Source of the DNA: Thermoproteus tenax Kra 1 | GTDB taxonomy: Archaea; Thermoproteota; Thermoprotei; Thermoproteales; Thermoproteaceae | Length of the DNA: 32,000 bases | NCBI RefSeq assembly: GCF_000253055.1 | Contig: NC_016070.1 | Span: 840,001-872,000 of the forward strand | Direction of reading: 5' to 3' | Shown here: positions 8,422 to 17,628 of the stretch, piece after piece | Position numbering within the stretch: position 1 is the stretch's first letter | Layout of the letters: each line of letters begins with the position of its first letter | The notes under the pieces: generated by a model | Told to the model about the DNA's origin: nothing | The model's database searches: none | Seen by the model: the letters and a program-made list of their open reading frames with translations, nothing else | Translations under genes and position numbers: made by a program

Positions 8422-9314
8422 AGCCTCTGTTTAATTAAATCTATCCTCGGCGTTTTGAGAGGATCAATGCCTCTCTCCAGGGCCAACTTAGCTGTAGCTA
8501 ACCCCACGTGCTTCAAGAAAGTTAGTACGCCGCCTATAGTCATGTCGACTTTAAACAGCTCTCCGCCCACTAGATCCACAGTGATCTCCACTCGCCGTCT
8601 GTGCTCAAGCGGAATTTGCTCGCTCGTCAGAGCCATCAGGGGGCTGGAGGCCCCTTCTATCCAGTTGTGGTGGGCCTCAGGCAAGATCTCGACAGGCGAG
8701 TCCATCTTGGCGTTCTCGTTAATCTCATTCTTCACGCGGTAGGCGACGCCCTGCATAGAGGCTGGCGCCACGATAGTGGGCCTTCTGGATATCACAGACT
8801 TAAGTCTCTCCTCCAAGGCTGAGTCGTAGGGTAGAGAGTCCGGCAAAGCGAACTCGATCCCATAGATCCTCCTTAGGACCCAGAGGGCGGCCGTGAACAT
8901 CTGCGGCAGAGCTGCACGAGGCGCCGAGGCCTTTGGCACCCTTATTGTGGGGATGCCCAACTCCGCCAATCTACCGCCGGTAGTTATCGCGACGACGGGA
9001 ATCCCTCTGCGCAGAGCCTCTTGGGCGGCCGTTATGGTCTCTACGGTATTCCCCGAGTATGAGACTGCGATCATCAGCCCCCGCCTGCCCCTAAAGAAGT
9101 AGTCCTTCACCACCACGACGTCGAAAGGCCAGTCGTACAGAGCCGAGAGATCCCTCAAGAGATCTCCCACGACGCCCGACCCGCCCATGCCGGCGACGTA
9201 GACTCTATCGTCTGGCCCTATCTCATAGCGTCTGCCACCTACGTCGTACTTCAGCTCGAAGTCGGGCGCTCTGCGCAATATATACTGCTCCCAACGCATA
9301 TAATCTTCTATCAT
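8418..9314 (-). CDS. Bifunctional phosphoglucose/phosphomannose isomerase
   Basis: SIS domain: VYVAGMGGSGVVGDLLRD, MIAVSYSGNTVETITA; C-terminal EHRRRVEITVDLVGGELFKVDM; length 298 aa. Confidence 0.9.
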   Translation of the reverse strand: MIEDYMRWEQYILRRAPDFELKYDVGGRRYEIGPDDRVYVAGMGGSGVVGDLLRDLSALYDWPFDVVVVKDYFFRGRRGLMIAVSYSGNTVETITAAQEALRRGIPVVAITTGGRLAELGIPTIRVPKASAPRAALPQMFTAALWVLRRIYGIEFALPDSLPYDSALEERLKSVISRRPTIVAPASMQGVAYRVKNEINENAKMDSPVEILPEAHHNWIEGASSPLMALTSEQIPLEHRRRVEITVDLVGGELFKVDMTIGGVLTFLKHVGLATAKLALERGIDPLKTPRIDLIKQRL

Positions 9315-9343
9315 ACCCAGCTATCTTCGGAGAGTTAAAATAG

Positions 9344-11311
9344 GTGGCTCTCCGTCTTTCTGTGCGTTTTCGCGTTGTAATAAACGGCGTTGAGGTCGTC
9401 AGAGAGTGGAGTTGGGACAAGATATTGAGCGTTAAAGAGGAGTTGAAAAGAATGGGCTTTAGATGGACCGGCGATGGATGGGTGGGTAGAGTGCGCGACC
9501 CAATGCAGCTCTATACTTTAAGGACGCTCTTAGATCTCACAGACGACGAGCTCGGAAGGCTACAACAGACGGTCCAAGCGCCTCGAGGCGACGTAGTGAT
9601 GGTCGTCGGCGAGATACCCGAAAAGCTGAGGCCCTACGTCGTTGCGAGCTACGGCGCCTCAAGCGTCGTATCAGTCTCCAGATTTATCAGAGACTTCGTG
9701 TCCTCCGACAAGACCGCGATAGCACAATCGCAGTCCTACGAGGACTACGTAAGGAGGGCTGCAGAAGAGTTCAGAGCGCTGTTGAGAGGGCTGGACGTGC
9801 GCGGCGATCTGAAAAGCGCTATAGACTCGGCGATTGAAATTGCGTTGAGCTCGGAGAGGCTCAAATCGCTCTATGAGCGCAGAGTGGCGTGGAGAACCGT
9901 CGAGTTGGGCCCCACCTCAGCGGCTTTGAACTTCGCCAGCAAGGAGTTAGTAGACGAGCTGAGGTCGTTTAAGCTGGCCTACAATATTGTTGGAAAAAAC
10001 GGCGAGGTGAAGCAAACGTTTATACAATTAGTGAAGGTTTCAAGAGATAAAGAAAAGATAATATTGAAATATCCTATATTTCTCCGGAATAAAATATCAG
10101 AAATCTTAAAAAAGTATGGATATATTACTAAGATATCAGATATATCATATAAGAAACTGAGCTATAGGAGCTCGGTCAGGTTGTTGGAGTTCCAGAGAGC
10201 AGCGCTAGAGGCGTGGATCAAGTCGGGCTACCGCGGGACTGTGGCGGTGCCCACCGGCGGAGGAAAGACCTTTATAGGGCTGGGGGCTATGGCCGAGACA
10301 GGCGAGGCCACGTTGATACTCGCAGTGACAAAGGAGTTGGCTTTGCAGTGGATAGAGAGGGTAAGGAAATACCTCGGCGTCCAGGCAGGCCTACTAGGGG
10401 GCGGAAGCCACGATGTGAGAGATGTCACGGTGGCTATTTATAATTCGGCGGTAAAGTATATAGACGAGCTCATGAACAGATTCGGCCTGGTAATCTTCGA
10501 CGAGGCCCACCACGTCCCGGCTGAGACGTTCAAGGAGGTGGCTCTGGCTCTGGACTCGCCGAAGAGGTTGGCGCTCTCGGCGACGCCCAAGAGGGACGAT
10601 GGGAACGAACTGTTGATCTTCGAGGCGGTGGGCCCCCTAGTCTTCAGAGCGTCCTACAGAGAGATGATAGAGGCAGGTTTGGTAGTGCCCATAGAGCACT
10701 ACAGAGTCTACGTCAGATTGACGCCGGAGGAGGAGTCTGAGTACAAATCCGCCGAGAGGTCCACTGATAATGCCATTGTTCTCAGGAATATAGCCGCTCA
10801 AGCCTCAGCCAAGATACAAGCGGCCATTGATATAATTAAACGGGAAGTGTCTCTGGGCCACAAAGTGATAGTGTTTACCCAATTCTTGGAACAGGCCAGG
10901 GCAATATATCAGCGGTTAACGGAGCACCAGATACGCGCCGAGCTGATAACTTCGGAGGAGAGGGACAGAGACGCGGCTTTCGCTCGCTTTGCCTCAGGCC
11001 TAGTGCGCGTGGTGGTGACCACCACAGTGTTGGACGAGGGAGTCGACGTGCCTGACGCGGACGTTGCAGTGGTAGTCAGCGGTAGCGGCTCAAAGAGACA
11101 GATGATACAGCGAGTGGGCAGAATAGTGAGGGCATCCCAAGGGAAAAGCGTCGGACGAGTCTACGAGCTGGTGGCGAGAGGGACAATTGAGGAGGCTCTA
11201 TCGGAGAGTAGACACGTGGACGACATAGTAGAGGAGAGCGTATGCAAAAGGCTTTCTGAGAGCGCGCTTAGAGAGTTCCTGTCTAAGACATCGTTGTTAG
11301 AATACAAATAA
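9344..11311 (+). CDS. SF2 DNA helicase, XPB/Rad25-like, with long N-terminal extension
   Basis: PTGGGKTFIGLGAMAE, VIFDEAHH, ALSATPKRDDG, QMIQRVGRIVRAS motifs; first ~270 aa precede the helicase core. Confidence 0.88.
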   Translation: MALRLSVRFRVVINGVEVVREWSWDKILSVKEELKRMGFRWTGDGWVGRVRDPMQLYTLRTLLDLTDDELGRLQQTVQAPRGDVVMVVGEIPEKLRPYVVASYGASSVVSVSRFIRDFVSSDKTAIAQSQSYEDYVRRAAEEFRALLRGLDVRGDLKSAIDSAIEIALSSERLKSLYERRVAWRTVELGPTSAALNFASKELVDELRSFKLAYNIVGKNGEVKQTFIQLVKVSRDKEKIILKYPIFLRNKISEILKKYGYITKISDISYKKLSYRSSVRLLEFQRAALEAWIKSGYRGTVAVPTGGGKTFIGLGAMAETGEATLILAVTKELALQWIERVRKYLGVQAGLLGGGSHDVRDVTVAIYNSAVKYIDELMNRFGLVIFDEAHHVPAETFKEVALALDSPKRLALSATPKRDDGNELLIFEAVGPLVFRASYREMIEAGLVVPIEHYRVYVRLTPEEESEYKSAERSTDNAIVLRNIAAQASAKIQAAIDIIKREVSLGHKVIVFTQFLEQARAIYQRLTEHQIRAELITSEERDRDAAFARFASGLVRVVVTTTVLDEGVDVPDADVAVVVSGSGSKRQMIQRVGRIVRASQGKSVGRVYELVARGTIEEALSESRHVDDIVEESVCKRLSESALREFLSKTSLLEYK

Positions 11312-12130
11312 AATTTCGTGGAGACAACTGAGGCTTGGCTCTATCTGAGCTTGGAAACTGTTATCGGGATTATAATTTTATCAATAATAGGTATAATAGT
11401 AATAAATATTTTTAAAAATATAAATCAATTATATAATTATATAGAGAATGATATAAAATATATATTAAATACAACAAGATTGATTATAAGGATATGAGAC
11501 TTCTATATCAAATATTAAAAATAATTTTAATATTATTTGAAATAATAATACTATATGATATACTAATTCAATTTAAAATGCTCTTATCTTTGTTTCGATG
11601 GAGTCCATAACTGAGTTAATCTTTATAATTTTTATATTATTATTTCTATTACTAATCTATTATTTAATTTTAAAATTAATATTTAATATATCATTAATAA
11701 AATATAAATTTATTTTATCAAGATATGCTGTTTGTGGCGCTAACTATACTTTTACTTATTATTCGAATGAGTATAATATCTCTGCGGTCAAGGCGTGTTT
11801 AAAAATTATAGTGTTTTCCAATGGCTCCTACGCTGTTTCAACGGCTTACCTTTATGTGAGATCACGATGAAGGTAGATCAACGGATTAAGGCGATCAGAA
11901 TCGTCTAGCTTCTTCACACATCGTCTATCGGCCGGACTTCGTCATTAGGATGCACCGTTTATTCGCCTTAAATTTTTAACTTCTCTTTAAAAATAACGTT
12001 ATTACTATATTAAACTATTATTTTTTATTATATTATTATGATTTAATTTAATTACTAAATAGAAAAATTAATTGATTATTATTTATGATCAAGAATACGT
12101 TAAATTAAAAAATATAGCACAAATTAGGCG
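11312..12130. other. AT-rich intergenic island
   Basis: Long runs of A/T-only sequence (e.g. 11390-11580, 11610-11720, 11980-12120) in an otherwise GC-rich window. Confidence 0.7.
11598..11870 (+). CDS. Possible small membrane protein, 90 aa
   Basis: MESITELIFIIFILLFLLLIYYLILKLIF predicts an N-terminal TM helix; no recognised family; hydrophobic translation is also expected by chance in AT-rich DNA. Confidence 0.3.
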   Translation: MESITELIFIIFILLFLLLIYYLILKLIFNISLIKYKFILSRYAVCGANYTFTYYSNEYNISAVKACLKIIVFSNGSYAVSTAYLYVRSR

Positions 12131-12132
12131 CT

Positions 12133-12474
12133 ATGGCTGAGGGGAAGGACTTATCACAATTTCAGAGGGTGGTGATAGACCAAGACCTATGTATATCGTG
12201 CGGCGCTTGCGTTGCAGTCTGCCCCTGGCAAGCCCTCGAATTGGACGAAAACGCTAAGGCGAGGCTCATCTGGGAGAAGTGTTACGACGACTTTAGCTGT
12301 GTGGCCGCCTGCCCCGTTAAGTGTATATATAAGGTCAGCGAGGCGCCGGAGGACGCCAAAAAGAAGCCTAACTGGTACAGACTTGGCAGACAGCTATCGC
12401 CGGACGAGCAGAAGATACTCCAGAGCTGGAAGGCCAAATACGGCATACAAGTGGATCCACTGCCTCCAAGCTGA
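12133..12474 (+). CDS. 4Fe-4S ferredoxin-type protein
   Basis: CISCGACVAVCP and second Cys set CYDDFSCVAACPVKC; 113 aa with C-terminal tail. Confidence 0.85.
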   Translation: MAEGKDLSQFQRVVIDQDLCISCGACVAVCPWQALELDENAKARLIWEKCYDDFSCVAACPVKCIYKVSEAPEDAKKKPNWYRLGRQLSPDEQKILQSWKAKYGIQVDPLPPS

Positions 12475-12583
12475 TAAACTGAGCGTTTTTAATAATTTCT
12501 CAATAGTTTTACAGAGAATCTTTTACAAATATTGACATTGAAACGGTGCTATAAGCATTTTAAAGGCTATCTACGACATCACT

Positions 12584-13315
12584 GTGGACGAGCTGAGGGA
12601 AGTGGCCGACCTGTTAAATAGATCTAATTGCGCTGTAGCGCTCACTGGTGCCGGCGTCTCGACTCCCAGCGGAATTCCGGACTTTAGAGGACCTCAAGGG
12701 CTCTGGAGAAGAATAGATCCACGGAGGTTCGAGATTGCGTACTTCTATGCGCATCCCGGCGAGGTCTGGAGGTTGTTCGTGGATACGTTTCTTGCTCAAG
12801 CTGAGGCTAAGCCTAACCCTGCTCATCTGGCCTTGGCCGAACTAGAGGCCAAGGGGAAGATCTGTGCGGTGATAACGCAGAACGTCGACGGTCTGCATCA
12901 GAGGGCTGGCTCCAAGAGAGTGATCGAGCTACACGGCTCTTTGCGATATGCAGTATGTACGTCATGCGGCGCAAGATTTCCACTCTCAGAGGTCCTTAAA
13001 GGCCCTATAGACGATGCGCCGAGATGTAGAGTATGTGGCGGCGTGTTGAAGCCAGATGTGGTATTCTTTGGGGAGCCGTTGCCCTACGAGGCTCTACAAG
13101 ATGCAATGATGTTGGCGGAGCTCTCGGATGTATTTATGGCGATCGGAACATCTCTAGCGGTGGCGCCGGCCAATAGGTTGCCGTTAATAGCTAAAAGAAA
13201 GGGGGCAAAGTTGGTGATAATAAACCAAGACCCCACGGAGCTTGACGAATTCGCCGATATTATAATAAGAGGTAAAGTTGAAGAAATCTTGCCGCGCATA
13301 GCGGAGCTGATATGA
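12584..13315 (+). CDS. NAD-dependent protein deacylase, Sir2 family
   Basis: GAGVSTPSGIPDFRGPQGLW, TQNVDGLHQRAG, CTSCGARF...CRVCGGVLKPDVVFFGE. Confidence 0.95.
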   Translation: MDELREVADLLNRSNCAVALTGAGVSTPSGIPDFRGPQGLWRRIDPRRFEIAYFYAHPGEVWRLFVDTFLAQAEAKPNPAHLALAELEAKGKICAVITQNVDGLHQRAGSKRVIELHGSLRYAVCTSCGARFPLSEVLKGPIDDAPRCRVCGGVLKPDVVFFGEPLPYEALQDAMMLAELSDVFMAIGTSLAVAPANRLPLIAKRKGAKLVIINQDPTELDEFADIIIRGKVEEILPRIAELI

Positions 13316-13860
13316 CCGCGCTCCCCGCCCTAAAGGGCGGGGTTTCTCCTCGTCCACGCCTTCATCGGCATCCAAGATACCTCCGGCGTGAGCTCATTGG
13401 GCATGGGGCCGGGCGGCACGCCTCTATCCCTCTCGGCGTGGACGTGCTGCGTCCGCCTTCGACGTACAGCCCTATCCAGCGCCCGGCCAGCGCCTCCCCA
13501 GGCCTCTGCGGAGGCCTTCGGCGGCCCCAGACGTCGGCTCTGTACTCGCTCAGCCCCTCATACGCCGCGTATTTGGGACAGCCCGCGTAGACCTCCGACG
13601 CGGCCTCCCGGAGCATCCCGGCGGGCCCTCCGATCGCCGTATATCCGCAGTGCCCCTCCCCCGTCCTCCAGGACGCCCTTAGTCTGGGCCGCCCCATCCA
13701 CCGCTGGGCCGCCCCTCGTTGGAGCTCGCCCCCCGCGCGGGGCCCGCCCCTGCTCCTCCCTCTTTTTCTGTCATCTTCGCTAACTTTGCCATGAAAAATA
13801 CGCCAATCGGCTTAAATCCATCCCCCATCCTAAAGGGTGGGGCCTTCAGTTGTAAGCGGT
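13316..13860 (-). mobile_element. Internally deleted / decayed IS200/IS605-type (TnpB) element, MITE-like
   Basis: Bounded by ccccgccc-taaa-gggcgggg (13323-13342) and ccccatcc-taaa-gggtgggg (13823-13842). Minus strand: ATG at 13792 gives MAKLAKMTEKEGG...; near 13320-13430 a minus frame reads PMPNELTPEVSWMPMKAWTRRNPAL* with the stop inside the palindrome. Only ~0.5 kb between the ends, so no intact transposase/TnpB. Confidence 0.55.
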
Positions 13861-14005
13861 GGATGTAGGAGCCCATCTATATCAAACTCTCCGTAGGACG
13901 CCGGTCTCCACGCCCGGGGCTGTGGCTTCGGGCACACGGCGAGCCCACCTGTGAAGGCCGGCGTCGTGAAAGGGAAGTTGCCGAATGTCCGCTAAATCGA
14001 CTCAT

Positions 14006-14560
14006 TCATTTCGGCTCTAAGGTCGCGTGTTCACAAATTATCTTGAACGGACGCCTTGTCTCCAGCGATCTCTCCACGCTCTCTCTAAGGGCATCTATAT
14101 TTATACAACCTATGGCGCGACCCCCCTCCAATAACTTCAGAGCCTCAGAGGCCAGAAACACGAACTTATCGGCTGCCCCCTCCTGTAGCTTCACATAGGC
14201 GGCAGCCAAAATTATCAGCCCTTGAAGCCGGCCATCTCTGCTCTTTCTCCACAGAGGCTCCAACTCGGCGTGCGCCTCCCAGAACCTCTCCTCGTTGAAC
14301 AGTTGGACAAATCGGGCGATGTCTCCAGACCCTATGCGCTCCTCGTTCGTTATATCGATGATGTAGCGCACAGATCCCAATGTAGTCTCGATCCTCTCCT
14401 TGCCCCATTCTGGATCCACATCGCCTAGTACGAGCTCTATATGTTCTGAGGCCACTCTCACATTCAATACAGGCAAAACGCTCCGGAGCTCTCGCAGAAG
14501 CTTGGGTCTATCGCTCGGCGTATGACCACTATTATCAACTATATATAGATATCTCTTCAT
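14006..14560 (-). CDS. DUF309-like domain protein
   Basis: FNEERFWEAHAELEPLWRKSRDGRLQGLIILAAAYVKLQEG is the DUF309-type helical core; the N-terminal ~80 aa are distinct. Confidence 0.7.
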   Translation of the reverse strand: MKRYLYIVDNSGHTPSDRPKLLRELRSVLPVLNVRVASEHIELVLGDVDPEWGKERIETTLGSVRYIIDITNEERIGSGDIARFVQLFNEERFWEAHAELEPLWRKSRDGRLQGLIILAAAYVKLQEGAADKFVFLASEALKLLEGGRAIGCINIDALRESVERSLETRRPFKIICEHATLEPK

Positions 14561-14892
14561 TAAATTTTAACTAATATCTTCTTTAATTCTATTTGTAAAT
14601 CAACAATTACTTTTAGATCTCCATATGTTTGTTTTATACGTCTAACTTGTGCCAGTGCTCTATTTATTTGCTCCACTAAAGGCGTGTTATCCGGCAGGGG
14701 ACCGCCTGCGTAGAGCTCAACGCCCTCCCCCAGTTTTAGCTCTACGCCGAACGCTCTGGCAAGCTCGACAAATTTATGAAATCGTTCCTCTAAAGCCTCC
14801 AACGTCCCTCTGCTGTCGCGATATCTCTCAGCATATTCCTTTAGGCTCTCGAGCATCCTCTCCAATTCGCTGAGCGAGAGGAAGAGCGTCAT
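14560..14892 (-). CDS. Hypothetical helical protein, 110 aa
   Basis: Good codon structure; start/stop overlaps with both neighbours (TAATG at 14558-14562, ATGA at 14889-14892). Confidence 0.65.
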   Translation of the reverse strand: MTLFLSLSELERMLESLKEYAERYRDSRGTLEALEERFHKFVELARAFGVELKLGEGVELYAGGPLPDNTPLVEQINRALAQVRRIKQTYGDLKVIVDLQIELKKILVKI

Positions 14893-15320
14893 TCCGACCC
14901 TATGAAATAGGCTATCTCTATATTCTTAACGCAGAACTTTATGAACTCAGGCGTCACCTCTTTACAGCCTAGCTTGTTGATCTCCACCTCGGGCTCCTTG
15001 ACCGACTCTGAGGGCTTTATCTTGGGCAACGGCGGAAACAGCTCCGGGAGTCTCTCGGGAGTTATATATGCTCTATTGGGCTCTATAACTATCGAGTAGT
15101 CCTTGAGATCCAGTTTTTGAGCCATATCGGTGGCGGCCACCACTATCTCCATTATCTCATTGAAGGCGGCATAAAGATGGCCCATCGAGCCCAGCTGGAT
15201 TAAGTATTGTCCAATCTGGCGCTGGCGCCCCAATAGGGTCGGAGTAGCCTCTATGACTTTCTGGAGCTCTCTCAGCCTCCACAGAACTTGATCGACGTTT
15301 TCCGAACTTATTATTATCAT
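14889..15320 (-). CDS. Hypothetical protein, 143 aa
   Basis: ORF overlapping the downstream gene by 4 nt; same strand operon. Confidence 0.65.
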   Translation of the reverse strand: MIIISSENVDQVLWRLRELQKVIEATPTLLGRQRQIGQYLIQLGSMGHLYAAFNEIMEIVVAATDMAQKLDLKDYSIVIEPNRAYITPERLPELFPPLPKIKPSESVKEPEVEINKLGCKEVTPEFIKFCVKNIEIAYFIGSE

Positions 15321-15450
15321 AGGATTATTCTAATTCCGTTTTCTAGAGGTTGGATATATACATATTCATTTTCACCTAATATCTTTATCAAAATATCTTT
15401 TATATCTTGATCTATTGTGAGAGAAGATACTTTAACTTTTCTGAGGGACT

Positions 15451-15660
15451 TCATGGGACTAGAGTTATGATATTTTTACGTATTATTACATATATTCCTC
15501 TGGGCATGATCTCCAAAAGATCTATAGGTATACTGGGCCGCTGAGGCGGCCAGATTAAGTCAACTCTCTCCCCCTTTATAACAAGAGGTTCAACTCTTCT
15601 TGCAGGTATCGCGTTTATGGTCTTATACAACAAGTTCAATTGATCAGTGTGAACGATCAT
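15451..15660 (-). CDS. Possible small hypothetical protein, 69 aa
   Basis: ORF only; located in intergenic space upstream of 15320. Confidence 0.3.
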   Translation of the reverse strand: MIVHTDQLNLLYKTINAIPARRVEPLVIKGERVDLIWPPQRPSIPIDLLEIMPRGIYVIIRKNIITLVP

Positions 15661-15679
15661 TGCCTCAGTTCGATGTCGG

Positions 15680-17476
15680 CTATTTAAGGTTCATCTCCTC
15701 ATTTGTCCTATATACTAAATATTGAGCAGATGGACAAGCCTTTGAACAAATGAGACAACCTATACACCTTTCTTTGTCGACTCTGAAGCGCCCATCGGGT
15801 CCCCGACTAAGCGCCTTGGTGGGACACCAACTAATGCACAAATCACAGTGGCCACATATCTGGGCTCTGACCACCAACGCGGCCGCGTGAAGGGCTCCAT
15901 CTCCCTCGATAGTTCTAAAATCGGGCGATATGGTCGCTCGGAGCTTTCCTCCAGATACCTCAACGCCGTTGGAGCCGACGTTGACATTACCCATCATCTT
16001 CAACAGCTCTAGGGCCGTGGGCACATCGGGACGGCCGCCCTCTATCTCCACTTTATCATCTCGGCGTCTGACGATAACAGGATATCTCCCCTCCGCCTTT
16101 ATCTTCAGAAATCTGGCGACATCGCCGGGCACGCCCCTCTTCCATCTCCAGATGCCGTATTCCTCGTAGAACTGCTCTCCGTAGAAGCTCACGACCTCCT
16201 CGGCCAGTCTGCGGTATATCTCAGGGTATCTCCTCCGGACTTGCTCCAGCTCCGCCATCTCGTTGGCCGGACATATAAGGCAGCCGAGTCTGTCGAAGCC
16301 GTACTCATAGGCCTTGTTGTAGGGGAGACCGTGGAGCACTATGTATGCCCATACGTCCAATGCGCTCCACTCGTGAAGCGGCGCCACGACTATAGTCTTG
16401 GCGACCCACTTGCTGGATGAGATGGGCTTCTGCCTCGCCCTCTGGAAGGACTCAGCTGCCCTCTGGCCTACAACCGTCACGACGCCCTGGGGGAACCTCT
16501 CAAGATAGGCCTTAGTGATCGGAGCCATCTTCAATACTTTGCAACACCACCTGTAGTCGCGCGCGGGAGGCCCGAACTCCTTCACGGCACGCCAGAAGGA
16601 ATCGCCGGCCGAAGCCCATATCAGCTCGGCTCCGTACCTCTGGGCCACCAATTTGACGTTCTCGTAAGTCTCCGGGGCCTCCAAGCCTGTGTCGTTAAAG
16701 AGAAGGTAGAAGGGGTGGCCGGTCCTCTTAACGAGATCTAGCGCGACCAAGCTGTCTTTGCCCCCAGAGTAGGACACGACGACAGGCAGCTTATATTGAG
16801 AAAACGCTCTCTTGAGAAACTCGACAGCTCTCTCGGCCTTTCTCTCAATATAGGCTCTGTTGAGCTCTGCGAACGTCTTTAAGTCGCTGGGGACCCCGGG
16901 GGGTAGCTGCGGCTTAGCCCTCCACGACTTTATAATGTGTAGACGTCTACCTCTGAAAAGTTTCGCAACGCCGTGAATCCTCCCATCCCTCGTCGATACA
17001 ACTACGTGCGTATACTTTTTCTCTGGGAGTGAGCCCTCGAGAATTTTCTCCTCATGGACATCGTAATTGACAGGCAGAGTGTCTAAATCCAAGATGGCCC
17101 ACCACCCCCTCCTCTGCGTGAGTATCTCGGCGGCGCCCTCATAGAGGGGTCTGAAACGCCACCTCCTCTCCAGAATATCGTAGAACCTGTGGCCGATTAC
17201 GCGCCCCCTCACGATCACCTCGTCGGCTTGGTCGGCGTAGCCCGGTATCTTGTTGAGGAGCACTACCTCATCTCTGGGTACTAAGAGCGATGCTAAGGCC
17301 CAATCGCCTTCCTCGTTGGCTATGGCCTCTTGCACTATTTCCTTATCAACATCGAAGGCCGGTCTTGGATCAGAAGGCTCCGTTATAGGCGTGGCCGAGA
17401 TCTTTGCGCAGTTGCCAGCCGCCTCGCGGGGGTCCAGTACGGGCACATTGAAGTCCTCGCACCAGTAGAGCAACAT
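15680..17476 (-). CDS. Phosphoadenosine-phosphosulfate-reductase-family protein with C-terminal 2x[4Fe-4S] ferredoxin domain
   Basis: PP-loop VVSYSGGKDSLVALDL; GCLICPANEMAELE; C-terminal CGHCDLCISWCPTKAL...CIGCLICSKACP. Confidence 0.88.
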   Translation of the reverse strand: MLLYWCEDFNVPVLDPREAAGNCAKISATPITEPSDPRPAFDVDKEIVQEAIANEEGDWALASLLVPRDEVVLLNKIPGYADQADEVIVRGRVIGHRFYDILERRWRFRPLYEGAAEILTQRRGWWAILDLDTLPVNYDVHEEKILEGSLPEKKYTHVVVSTRDGRIHGVAKLFRGRRLHIIKSWRAKPQLPPGVPSDLKTFAELNRAYIERKAERAVEFLKRAFSQYKLPVVVSYSGGKDSLVALDLVKRTGHPFYLLFNDTGLEAPETYENVKLVAQRYGAELIWASAGDSFWRAVKEFGPPARDYRWCCKVLKMAPITKAYLERFPQGVVTVVGQRAAESFQRARQKPISSSKWVAKTIVVAPLHEWSALDVWAYIVLHGLPYNKAYEYGFDRLGCLICPANEMAELEQVRRRYPEIYRRLAEEVVSFYGEQFYEEYGIWRWKRGVPGDVARFLKIKAEGRYPVIVRRRDDKVEIEGGRPDVPTALELLKMMGNVNVGSNGVEVSGGKLRATISPDFRTIEGDGALHAAALVVRAQICGHCDLCISWCPTKALSRGPDGRFRVDKERCIGCLICSKACPSAQYLVYRTNEEMNLK

Positions 17477-17628
17477 GAGTCAACCTCGATGTAGCGTTAT
17501 ATAATATTACAACATCGGAGGTTGGCCCAGTATATCCCGAGGCTCTGTCAGCCAAGCCACGGCGGCTCTAGGTCTTCGCCGCTCTTCTCCGCCTAAAGTA
17601 TATAAAAATAGAGCATAAAGAGGTGACG

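Noticed and set aside
2242-11362. Shared 12-mer ctatctgagctt at ~2242 and ~11343
   Set aside because: Too short and without further flanking similarity to claim a repeat family.
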